Shown piece after piece: positions 9,448 to 17,946 of a stretch of 34,818 nt of DNA; position 1 is the first letter of the stretch, and each line of letters starts with the position of its first letter. The notes under the pieces were generated by a model, which worked only from the letters and a program-made list of their open reading frames with translations, had not been told where the DNA came from and ran no database searches. Source of the DNA: an uncultured delta proteobacterium (GTDB lineage Bacteria > Desulfobacterota > Binatia > UBA9968); NCBI GenBank assembly GCA_963840855.1, contig CAWJBB010000044.1, positions 1 to 34,818 on the forward strand. The letters run 5' to 3'. Both the position numbers and the translations under genes were made by a program.

Positions 9448-10040
9448 GATGCCCTCCTAAATCAATGCCGCCGGCGGCGGGCTCGCACATACGTGACAGG
9501 GCATATTCGAGGAGCGCGGATTGCCCACGCCGAGGTCCGACGGTGTTGAGCTGATGCGGGCCGACGCAGATATAACGTCTTTGCGTCTGATTCGGATCTC
9601 TGCAGCCATCGGAGTCAGGACCTTTTTAGCCGTATTTAGCACAACCAGGCCGGCAGTAAAACTTCTGCGTGGCAGCAGCTACTTCGCGCCGGCGGGTTCG
9701 ATGCGCCCGCGCATGATGTCTAATACTCGCCGCCAACCGCGCAAAGTCTACTAAGCCGGCCTCGTTATGACAACCCGCAGGGTCCGACACTCGCATGAAA
9801 ACTGGCAGGGCTGCAATGAAGGTAACGTCGCCAATAGCATGCCATGCCTAAGCGGTCGGGAAATTGCCGTTGCAATTCAGGAAAGTGAGGCTTCTTACCA
9901 GCTATATATCCGAGCGACCCATCGACGGCTGAACAATTCGGTCAAATCCTGTACGAATTCGTCCGTCTAATTCGGCAGCCCGAGGGGGAGAAGTTAGACT
10001 CTGCAGCGATCCTTTGGGCGCGAGTAAATTCTTCATCTGG

Positions 10041-10056
10041 AGTTATCGCAGAACTT
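10041..10056 (+). repeat. attL-like 16-bp direct repeat
   Basis: AGTTATCGCAGAACTT, identical to 15960-15975, about 70 bp from the integrase stop. Confidence 0.8.
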
Positions 10057-10125
10057 TTGTCGCAATTTATTTTCTGTTTCAATTCAAATAGTTCGAAGCC
10101 TTAACGCGATAAGACCTACTTTGTT

Positions 10126-10694
10126 TTAAGCCGTTTTCAAGAACGCTCTCTCTGCCGGTGCCGACAGCAATCCTGCTTCGCGAAACGGTTCCAGTATCGC
10201 TTCTTTGGTGATGATCACGTATTTCGCGTGCTGGCTCTTGTCGACGTGGCCGCTGGCGCGCATGACGATATGCCACGGAATTTTCAGGTTCGTCCAACGC
10301 GTGATACACGTCCGGCGAAAAGCGTGGGGCGTGATGCCGACGAGCTTGGCCTTTTCGACGGCGGACTTGAAGCTCGCGCCGATGTCGCGGATGCGCGACC
10401 CGTCCGCCCAGGTAAACACGTAACCGTGGCGGCGCGCGCCGGTTCTCAAGGTTTCCTTCTTTGAGTTCCAACAAAACCTGACGCAGCTCGTGCGAGATAG
10501 GAACCCGGCGCGGAACTCCCTCCTTGCAGATGTTGGCAGGCATCCTGAGAAGATTCGCTTTCAAGTCGACCATCGTCCACGTCAAAAAGGTTGGCTCTCT
10601 GTGCCGCATGGCCGTTTCCCACCAGCAGGGTGACGACCCGCTGCGGCTCGCGCCGCAAGTGGCTGAGAATCGCGCTGTACTCTTCAGGCGACAC
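10126..10694 (-). pseudogene. Tyrosine recombinase/integrase catalytic domain, N-terminally truncated, two frameshifts
   Basis: Three frames join as VSPEEY..LL / WETAMRHRE..CKEG / ..TPHAFRRT..SGH..HAKY, giving the R-K-H-R-H-Y catalytic set. Extra bases at ~10622 and ~10455. Confidence 0.85.
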
Positions 10695-10712
10695 CGACGT
10701 GTCGATTGCTAA

Positions 10713-11430
10713 ATGTTGAAGACTTATCAGAGTGAGCAAATCGCGGCGCTAGACTATGCGGCCTACGCGAAGGGCGACCCGCAGGCCGGGCGACGGATTC
10801 AAGCCGAGGTCAACGCAGGAACCCCACTGCGAGACCTCGCCAGGCTCGCCGAGCAATTTCGGCGTGGCGAGCATTCCCCGCTGCGAGTGGCGGCCAGGAA
10901 CGGGACGCACGCCACGCCGCAAGAAATCTTCCAAGCTGGCGTTTCCCCTCGACGCCGATGCCAAGCAAATCATGCAGCAGAAGCACCTGAGCTACAACGC
11001 GGCATTCAAGGAAGCACAGCTATCTGCTCCCAGCCTCGCGCACGTCTACTCCCACGGCGTGAAGATGGAATCGCCGGATGTGGATCAGCTCAAGTACAAC
11101 AGCAAACGGTTCGTCGATGCCGACGCTTATGTGGCTGGGAACGATACCGCGCAGAGCCCGATCACTGTGCTCGCCAACGTCGCCACCAGCTTGAAGCTGG
11201 CGGACGGCGCGATCAACTGGCCCGCCGCCGCTGCCGCCGTCAACGATCACGTGGACGAAGGCGTTCGCAAGCGCGCGGCGACCGAATCGCTCGAGGAGCT
11301 GGCTAAACGGTGGCCGCAAAAGAGTCGGGACGAGATCGAGCGTGAACACCGCTCGCTCGCGGCGGCGGCGCTCACCGGCGTTTACACGGAAGAAAGTCTC
11401 CGCGATCTGCTCTGGTCGCTGGCGAGGTAA
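10713..11430 (+). pseudogene. Phage-like hypothetical protein with one frameshift
   Basis: ORF 10713 (MLKTYQSEQIAA..EIFQAGVS) joins the ORF ending at 11430 (LDADAKQIMQQKHLSYNAAFKEA..) if one C is removed from the C4 run at 10945-10948. Confidence 0.5.
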
Positions 11431-11603
11431 AAGAACTTTGGCCCACGGCGATCTTGCCGTTCCTGACTTTGGTCGCCCGTCCAAAGATGGGCCGAAGACC
11501 CGCGCATCGGGCGGCTCGGCGGTTACCACCCCGCCGAGCAAATGAGCGGGAACTGGGCGGCGTCGCGGCGGATGGCGTCTGAGGCGGCGCTGCCCTTATA
11601 ACA

Positions 11604-11795
11604 ATGATTCTCTCAAGTCCGATTTGCCTGTGCGGCCACACTCACTGCTTCGAGGGCACGCGGTTTCTTGATTGCCCCTTTTGCGCGTGCGACCAGTACT
11701 CGCCCAGGCGCAACAAGCCGGTGCCGACGGGCGTCAATTTCCGCAGCGTGCGCGAACGGAGCGTGCTGAGGCGAAGGGAGAGGGAGCGACTTTGA
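11604..11795 (+). CDS. Small Cys/His-rich (Zn-finger-like) phage-type protein
   Basis: CLCGHTHC...CPFCAC; its stop overlaps the next start (TTGA). Confidence 0.5.
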   Translation: MILSSPICLCGHTHCFEGTRFLDCPFCACDQYSPRRNKPVPTGVNFRSVRERSVLRRRERERL

Positions 11796-12055
11796 AATCC
11801 ATCGCAACCATCGCTGACAAGCTGGCCGAAGCGCACGCCGAGAGGGACGCCTTGCAGGAAAAAATCGTGATGGTGGATGGGCGGCAGGTTACTTTGTACT
11901 CGCCAGACAACCAACACTGGTTCTCCAAACCGAGCGACATCCAGCGATGGCAGGCAGCGAAGGCGGCGCGCGCCCTCAATTATGAGCATCCAGTTTTCAA
12001 CCTCAAAGCTGGGGGGACGAAAGAAAAAATAGGAGGGCACCTTGCCTATCAGTAG
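11792..12055 (+). CDS. Hypothetical protein (phage-like operon)
   Basis: TTG start with SD GAGGGAG, coupled to the upstream stop; overlaps the next gene. Confidence 0.5.
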   Translation: MKSIATIADKLAEAHAERDALQEKIVMVDGRQVTLYSPDNQHWFSKPSDIQRWQAAKAARALNYEHPVFNLKAGGTKEKIGGHLAYQ

Positions 12056-12371
12056 CATCATCGACGGCCACGCTAGAAAAACTTTGTTCAGCGGTAATGC
12101 CGCCAGCGTTCCCGGCAGCACGGGGCATGGCGTCTACGACGTTTCCAAGTTTTCGCGATTCACCGGTTTATTTTCGGTCGTCGGCAGCGTGACTCTGCGC
12201 TGGCGACTGGGCGTTCAGTCCGGCAACTACGTTGTCACGAGTTCCACGGTCATCAACTCCGGTCCGGCTGTTTTCGAAACCCTGAACTACGGAAAATATA
12301 GCGAGTGGACCTTCAGCGCGGCAAACTCACAGACACCGACGTATATGATCGCGGCAGAACCACTACGATGA
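12042..12371 (+). CDS. Hypothetical beta-rich protein, possibly virion-structural
   Basis: SD AGGAGGG before TTG; Ser/Gly/Thr-rich, beta-strand-like 109 aa. Confidence 0.6.
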   Translation: MPISSIIDGHARKTLFSGNAASVPGSTGHGVYDVSKFSRFTGLFSVVGSVTLRWRLGVQSGNYVVTSSTVINSGPAVFETLNYGKYSEWTFSAANSQTPTYMIAAEPLR

Positions 12372-12493
12372 CACACACACCATGATCTGTCCCGCGTGTG
12401 TGCGACCCGCCTCTTTGGGCGAGACAGCTCGGACACTGAGGGCGGCCAAAAACAACAGTAAATCAATTGGGCCGCATTGATCGCAGTTTTTCT

Positions 12494-12799
12494 CTAATTT
12501 CGGCAAACCCATAAGTCGCTCAATCTAACCTCCAGGCACTCTCCCAAAATTGTAAACCGTGGGCCATCCTTGGAATATCCTGTTATCAAATCTTGCCGCC
12601 CCGATTGATCATGTCCGCTCGCCAAAAACGAAAAGTACCTAGCTTGTCCTTGGATAGCTTCGTTCGGGGTGGTCTCGTCAACTAAGGTCGATGCCATTAT
12701 TGTCGGGTCTTTTTTCTTCGGCGTAAGAGTGATAATAGGGCCGGGGGTGTCAACCGTCAAGGTCCCCTTTGTCCGGGACAAATCGCCGTTAACTCGCAA
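12494..12799 (-). pseudogene. Hypothetical protein fragment, probably N-terminally truncated
   Basis: Open 101-codon frame beginning directly after a TAA with no SD, back-to-back (5 bp) with the gene at 12805. Confidence 0.35.
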
Positions 12800-12804
12800 T
12801 TATT

Positions 12805-13254
12805 ATGAAATCGTTGACGTTGGGTGTCTTATTCTTTGTGCTTGCACCGTCTTTTTGTTTTGCCCAGGCCGCCAAGACAATTGCAGTTGCCGTGAAACAC
12901 ACTGGTAGTGATTCTGTTGGCGAAGGCGTGGCATTCTCGCTCAAGGAAGCCATCCGCAGATCACAGAGTTTTTATCTTGTGGATGACGATATTAAACTGG
13001 GGCCAAGAATAGTTGTTAGCATCGTGAGCGTGAGCATTGAGAGTCGTGAGCTTACTAAAGGTGACAACAGCGCAATTGGATACGCTATTCTCTACGACAG
13101 CTTAACGACACCTGTTGACGGAATTTTGCTTACCCTTCTTGTTCAAACCTGCGGGCGAGATCGTATTGAAACTTGCGCAAATATTTTGCCGAAGATAGAT
13201 CAAGAAGTTGAAAATTTGCGCAAAAACTGGCCGGCTCTGTGGAAAACCCTGTGA
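12805..13254 (+). CDS. Exported hypothetical protein
   Basis: Sec signal peptide (MKSLTLGVLFFVLAPSFCFAQA); 149 aa. Confidence 0.7.
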   Translation: MKSLTLGVLFFVLAPSFCFAQAAKTIAVAVKHTGSDSVGEGVAFSLKEAIRRSQSFYLVDDDIKLGPRIVVSIVSVSIESRELTKGDNSAIGYAILYDSLTTPVDGILLTLLVQTCGRDRIETCANILPKIDQEVENLRKNWPALWKTL

Positions 13255-13308
13255 TGGGGATTTCTTGAACCACCATAAAAAGCGGTCAAATACTGAGCCA
13301 AATTGAGG

Positions 13309-14309
13309 TCACCAGCCCAGATATGGAATCGCTGAAACCGACACATCGGCGTGAATGCCTTTTTGCCTGAGTAATATCTCAACGGCCAGTTTACGCCTTT
13401 CCTTATCAGGATGTGGGCCAACCAGAATTCGCTTGATGGGCAGCGGTTTACTCAAGGGGTCGGTAATACCTTCAAAAAGGTTGACATACGGTACGGCCAT
13501 TCCGTTGCGCAAAAAACTACGGACAGGTTTCTCCGGTAGGATTGACTTCTCTTCCTTTTTGCAAATTCAATTACTTGCCGTGAACTCGGTATCGCGACAA
13601 TTCTGCACTCTCTCTCCTCGGCAAATCCCCAATGCTTATACAGACAAGCGCACGCAATGAAGTGATTAAAGATATCCCCCAGGTCTTTCGAATCTTGCGT
13701 ACGAAATGTTTTTGCCCAATTTTTTTGTATGGTGTCGATGTGCTCACGGAACTCATCGCGCACCTCGTCATCGGTTGCCGAGCTATAGACAATGTCCCCA
13801 GTAAGAATTAGCGAGTATGTGTTCCGTTTTCCCTCCTCACGTTGCAATTGAATTAATCCATCGGTATCAAAGATAATCGCGTATCCACCCTGCGTTCCAT
13901 AACCTCTCCACTGACTTAAGAGCCCATGGTTAGCAATATAATTGTCGCCTTTCTCAACAGTGCAAAAAGATGTGATGTACGGTTCAGCAAATGGTGCATC
14001 ACCCTTCATACCGTGGAACGTAGTGTCGTACATAACGTCCGCCAGTTTCTTGGGTTCCTTTTCCAAGGCGGCCGCGGTGCTGCCATATTCCTTAATCAGA
14101 AGCTGTTCTTGCTGGGGAGATGGCTTGCTAAAAATGCTTTCGAACACTGGACGCAAAATATCCGGCAATCGGTCGCGAAAATGACTGATTTCCTCAGCAT
14201 CGTTAAGGTATTTATAGTGTGTCGCCCAGAGAGTCTGGCTTTCGACGATACCTTTCAGCCCTTGAATTCCCGTGTAGTGATATAGTTCATCAGGAAGTGG
14301 CTTTGGCAT
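13309..14309 (-). pseudogene. DUF2971-domain protein with one frameshift
   Basis: LYHYT..GIVESQTLWAT..LND, YITSFC, LLSQWRGYG, YKHWGFAEERECR. The C-terminus (VPYV..RILVGPHPD) is in another frame and is restored by one extra A in the run at 13556-13560. Confidence 0.8.
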
Positions 14310-14548
14310 GGCGTTAATACGTTAGCAATTTTGCGCAATGACGCGGAGCGAGTCGGCAGTCGCCGTGCCGCTGAGTGAGTTTAATTGAGATGCGAAGGGG
14401 CGACAGTTAGCAAATGGTCCCTTGCGGACATTAATTTTGTGGTCGCCGCCTTCGCGTGCCGGACATCTAACGAGTGGTCCCTTCGGACAGCATTCAGCTG
14501 GTCCGGCAAAAACACGTTAGCAAAAGTTTGAGATTTTTGAAAGAAAAA

Positions 14549-14727
14549 ATGACCCCGACGCACTACCATTATTGTCCGAATGCCGGAGCGACGTTGCCGC
14601 GTATGGTGATCTCAATCTCTGCGCCGATGTCGACCGTGTTTGCCACAGGTGCTTGGTCAAAGCATTCAGCTCCCGGCTAGTCGTGCGTCCACCCCAGCCG
14701 GACGACGCGCCCACGTGCGATTGCTAG
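14549..14727 (+). pseudogene. Small Zn-ribbon-like ORF with one missing base
   Basis: Adding 1 nt at ~14579 gives MTPTHYHYCPxCRSDVAAYGDLNLCADVDRVCHRCLVKAF..CDC*; the span is 179 nt (180 minus 1). Confidence 0.35.
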
Positions 14728-14747
14728 CTCAAAAGCTGGTTTTCGGC

Positions 14748-14777
14748 AGTACAATCGTAGTACAAAGCAGAGTAGAA
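14748..14777 (+). repeat. Integrase arm-type-like direct repeats AGTACAA x2 (+AGTAGAA)
   Basis: AGTACAA at 14748 and 14759, AGTAGAA at 14771, about 120-150 bp upstream of the tRNA fragment. Confidence 0.45.
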
Positions 14778-14897
14778 ATATGCTTGTTTGGGGACAACAA
14801 GAGAAGAATCAGAAGTGAGAGAAAGTGCAAGAAAAACAGAGCGTTACAACGAAAACCGTTATTTCTCTTGCACTTGTGCTCTCCCTGGGCAAGCGTG

Positions 14898-14953
14898 CTT
14901 GAAAGCCGGCGTCCATTCGTGGACCGCGAGTTCAAATCTCGCCCCCTCCGCCA
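14898..14953 (+). tRNA. 3' half of tRNA-Ser(TGA), att-type fragment, non-functional
   Basis: Anticodon loop CTTGAAA, 3' stem GCCGG, long variable arm GTCCA-TTCG-TGGAC, T arm GCGAG-TTCAAAT-CTCGC, acceptor strand CCCCTCC-G-CCA. No 5' GGAGGGG, D arm or 5' anticodon stem upstream. Confidence 0.88.
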
Positions 14954-15071
14954 ATTCTGTAGAGTGAAAATTGACGATTCATGCCGTTTTAAGCGCCGTT
15001 TGGGCCGTCGTGGCCAGCTTTTTTAAGGTTCCGGCGTGGCGAGACTTAGAATCTTCTTTTCTTCCACCATT

Positions 15072-15476
15072 TCACTCGGCGATCTCGGTCGCAGCTTCCT
15101 CTCTTGAAAGCGTCATGAAGATTCGGCCACTGGTATCCCCTCCCCCATAGGTTCCCACATACACCTCTTGGCCCAGACCCAGGCTGTCCGGAACTCGCTC
15201 CAGCATGCCTGCACCGGTCGAGCTGTCCGCCCCATCAGAGTCCCGCCAGGTAAAATGGTACCGACCTGTAGCGTATCTGGTTACGATCATCGTGCCGTTC
15301 TTCGCGCCCGAGATGTGAGTATTCAGCTCCATGTAGCTCCCTTCCTCATTCACATAGCCCGTGAAGTCTCCTCGAAACTTATGGCCTTCCGCCCAACCGA
15401 GGTCAGTGGTCCATACCTGCAGACCTTTAACTTTTACTTTGATCCATATCGGTAGGACTTTTGCTTGCTTTGCCAT
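15072..15476 (-). CDS. Hypothetical beta-strand-rich protein
   Basis: Strong SD GGAGGAG; 134-aa ORF with an alternating beta-strand pattern. Confidence 0.7.
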   Translation of the reverse strand: MAKQAKVLPIWIKVKVKGLQVWTTDLGWAEGHKFRGDFTGYVNEEGSYMELNTHISGAKNGTMIVTRYATGRYHFTWRDSDGADSSTGAGMLERVPDSLGLGQEVYVGTYGGGDTSGRIFMTLSREEAATEIAE

Positions 15477-15959
15477 ATAAAATCTCCTCCCGTTGCTGAG
15501 TTAATTTCCACCTTGGCTAGTGCGAGCACACCTCCCTCACATCACGAACGTCCGCACAGGTCCCGAAACGTCGTCTCTTGGGTTGCTATTTTTTCTTCAC
15601 CTCCTTTTCCAAAAATAGGCTGCTGACATTTGAAAGCTCAAGCACGAAGGAACTTATCTCAAAGGCGATCCTTGAACAAGCGCATTTTTCCAGCGAGGAC
15701 CTCTCCTCTGGTTCTTTTTTTTGGGCGACACGATTCGGTCGCCTGCCGCCGCGTGGTGATAATGTAACTCGTTTTTTCTGGCAGGAAAGCAGCGAATTCG
15801 TTTGCAAGCCGTTTTCAAGAATTCCGAGCCGAATAACGTCGAATAGCGTCGAACAAGCTTGAATCTTTCCGAGGGTCGACATAAAAGAAAAGCTAGAAAC
15901 TTCAAAGACTTTCGCGCTAAGTGGATGAAATTTATAGCTTTTCGGCCAGCTATGTCAAA

Positions 15960-15975
15960 AGTTATCGCAGAACTT
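15960..15975 (+). repeat. attR-like 16-bp direct repeat
   Basis: AGTTATCGCAGAACTT, identical to 10041-10056. Confidence 0.8.
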
Positions 15976-16128
15976 GGGCTATGGAGAGAACAGATTCAAT
16001 TCGACCCATTTGAGCGCGGCGAAAATAACCAGTGGTGAAGAATCGTGAATCAAAGCGGCGCACAACGACCGGTATGGGCAGGTAATGTCGCGCCGCTTAC
16101 AGATAATGTTTTGAAAGGAAAAGTCACA

Positions 16129-17097
16129 ATGGTTATCGACTTTCAGCATCACTATATTCCGGTGGAGTTGGCTAAGAAGCGCGGGCTTTATTCGGAAACC
16201 GGCAACACCATGCTCAAGGAAGGCGGAGTGCCCGCGACGACTATGCACCGGCGGCTTTATGACTTGGACTTGCAGCTCGAAGACATGGACGAAGCTGGCG
16301 TCGATATCTCTGTGCTTTCCTGTCTGCTCGGCTGGTCGGCGCCGCTGGACGAATGCCGCTTGATCAATAATGATCTTTCGGCGGTGCAAGAAAAATATCC
16401 GCGCCGCTTCGTGGGGCTCGCCCAGGCTCCGCTATTGGAGGGATCTGCGGCCCTCGTCGAATTACGCCGGGCAATTTTTGATCTCGGTCTTCGCGGCGTG
16501 ACGATTACCTCACAGGTCAACGGCCATTCTCTCGATGCATCGAATCTTTACGGATTTTACGAGCTGATTTGTGAACTTGATGTGCCGGTGTTCGTTCATC
16601 CCGCTTTGGTTCCTACGGGGTATGAGCATTTAAAAGACTACGACTTGCCCCGCGTCCTGGGTCGAGAAGTAGATCTCACGGTGGCGACCACGCGGCTTAT
16701 CGCCGGCGGAATTCTTGACCGTTATCCCGGACTCAAAATCGTCATGGCGCATTTCGGCGGCGGCATCGCCGCGGTTAAAGAACGGCTGGTCGGCAAAGGT
16801 TACCGCTTCGGCACGCTCAAGCGCCCCTTCGGCGAATATTACGACATGGTGTATTTCGATATGGCCGGTTTCGAAGGAGGAATGGTGGCACTTTCCTGCG
16901 CGCTCCAGGGCATTCGCCCTGAGCGCCTCGTTTTCGCCAGCGACTATCCGCAGGATTTTACCGGCGTCAACACGGACACGGGGAAGGGAATGAAAGAGTT
17001 GCGCGATTATATTAACGCCGTGCGGGGATTGCCGCTCGATGAAAAACAGAAAGACGCCATGCTCGGCGGAACGGCCGCCCGTCTATTGAAAATCTGA
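16129..17097 (+). CDS. Amidohydrolase-2 family (ACMSD/decarboxylase-like) protein
   Basis: IDFQHH, VFVHP, MAHFGG, FASDYP; ATG 16129 follows AAAGGA. Confidence 0.9.
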   Translation: MVIDFQHHYIPVELAKKRGLYSETGNTMLKEGGVPATTMHRRLYDLDLQLEDMDEAGVDISVLSCLLGWSAPLDECRLINNDLSAVQEKYPRRFVGLAQAPLLEGSAALVELRRAIFDLGLRGVTITSQVNGHSLDASNLYGFYELICELDVPVFVHPALVPTGYEHLKDYDLPRVLGREVDLTVATTRLIAGGILDRYPGLKIVMAHFGGGIAAVKERLVGKGYRFGTLKRPFGEYYDMVYFDMAGFEGGMVALSCALQGIRPERLVFASDYPQDFTGVNTDTGKGMKELRDYINAVRGLPLDEKQKDAMLGGTAARLLKI

Positions 17098-17111
17098 ACG
17101 AAAACCACGCA

Positions 17112-17152
17112 GGTTCAAAGCAGTTCAATACGTTCAAAAGGTTTCAGACGGT
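17112..17152 (+). repeat. Degenerate GTTCAA tandem array (9-10-bp period)
   Basis: ggttcaaagc agttcaata cgttcaaaa ggtttcagacggt, between convergent genes; a weak inverted remnant (gttgaac) lies near 17202-17208. Confidence 0.7.
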
Positions 17153-17213
17153 GACGAGCTTTTCAATAAACCTGGGGATGAAACTGCACGGCCTGAAGCC
17201 CGTTGAACTGAGG

Positions 17214-17795
17214 CTATTTTTTGCCCTCAGGGCGGGCCAAGCTCGCTTCCACGTACCCCGGTTTTCTGCCTTGCTTGGACTCAACTTTGAGCCAACCCTT
17301 CTCTTCTTCGACGACGTTGAGTTTCATGCCCTTGGGAATCTCGGCGACCACGGGATAATGAAGCCCGGGGCCGCTGCGCACTTGCGTGTTCACCAGGGTT
17401 ACGTACTTCCCCTCCACCGGGCGCGGCGCGTCGGCTTCCTGCTCCTCTCCCTCGCCGGGTTTCGCCGACTCTTTGTCGATATAACCCGGCGCATTGCCTT
17501 TCTTCGAGACGATCAAAAGCCATTCGCCGTCACGTCCCACCACGTTGACTTTAGCGTTGGGTCTGATTTCGCCGATGATTTTGAATTGCTCTCCCGGCCC
17601 GGTGCGCACTTTGGCTAATTCCACGATAACATAAGGGCGAGTCTGCTTGCTCAAATCGGGTAAATCGTCCGAGACGACTTGGTCCTGTTTATTCTTGCAC
17701 GCTCCAAGCGTAAGGGACAGCAATGAGACAAGTACGCACAAAAAAATATGCTGGCAGCGCAACATGTGCATGGTCCTCCCGCTCTTGTGGTTCAA
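17214..17795 (-). CDS. Lipoprotein with two bacterial SH3 domains
   Basis: Lipobox LGAC; two repeats VRxGPG..EI..NVV..WL..GY. Start may be a downstream ATG. Confidence 0.85.
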   Translation of the reverse strand: MNHKSGRTMHMLRCQHIFLCVLVSLLSLTLGACKNKQDQVVSDDLPDLSKQTRPYVIVELAKVRTGPGEQFKIIGEIRPNAKVNVVGRDGEWLLIVSKKGNAPGYIDKESAKPGEGEEQEADAPRPVEGKYVTLVNTQVRSGPGLHYPVVAEIPKGMKLNVVEEEKGWLKVESKQGRKPGYVEASLARPEGKK

Positions 17796-17841
17796 AGTGA
17801 ATTATAGCACATGGCGGCCGGGCGGCGATGGGGCTCGGTCA

Positions 17842-17931
17842 GTTCAACGTTCAAGGTTCAATGTTCAAAGTTAAACTCGGAACAGCGAACGGGAATCCCA
17901 TACCTTGAACGTTGAACTTTGAACATTGAAC
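17842..17931. repeat. Palindromic array: 4 x GTTCAAN, spacer, 4 x NTTGAAC (7-bp period)
   Basis: gttcaac gttcaag gttcaat gttcaaa ... cttgaac gttgaac tttgaac attgaac, directly downstream of the trp operon's last gene. Confidence 0.92.
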
Positions 17932-17946
17932 CGACACTGCCGCGAG

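Larger units (their letters stand above)
10041..15975. mobile_element. Degenerate integrative element/prophage remnant (~5.9 kb)
   Basis: Bounded by the direct repeat AGTTATCGCAGAACTT. Integrase remnant next to the left end; phage-like and AT-richer cargo genes; internal tRNA fragment. Confidence 0.75.

Noticed and set aside
9457-10040. Short ORFs or an ncRNA left of the island
   Set aside because: No SD, recognisable motifs or convincing structure; treated as intergenic.
10041-10056. dif/Xer site
   Set aside because: 7-bp rather than 6-bp centre and no XerD-type TTATGTTAAAT arm.
14881-14953. Intact tRNA, or tRNA-Sec because of TTCAAA
   Set aside because: TTCAAAT is the T-loop. The anticodon is TGA, and the 5' acceptor strand, D arm and 5' anticodon stem are missing.
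15578-15905. Three overlapping 83-98 aa ORFs near the right att site
   Set aside because: No convincing start signals or protein-like motifs; none can be chosen over the others.
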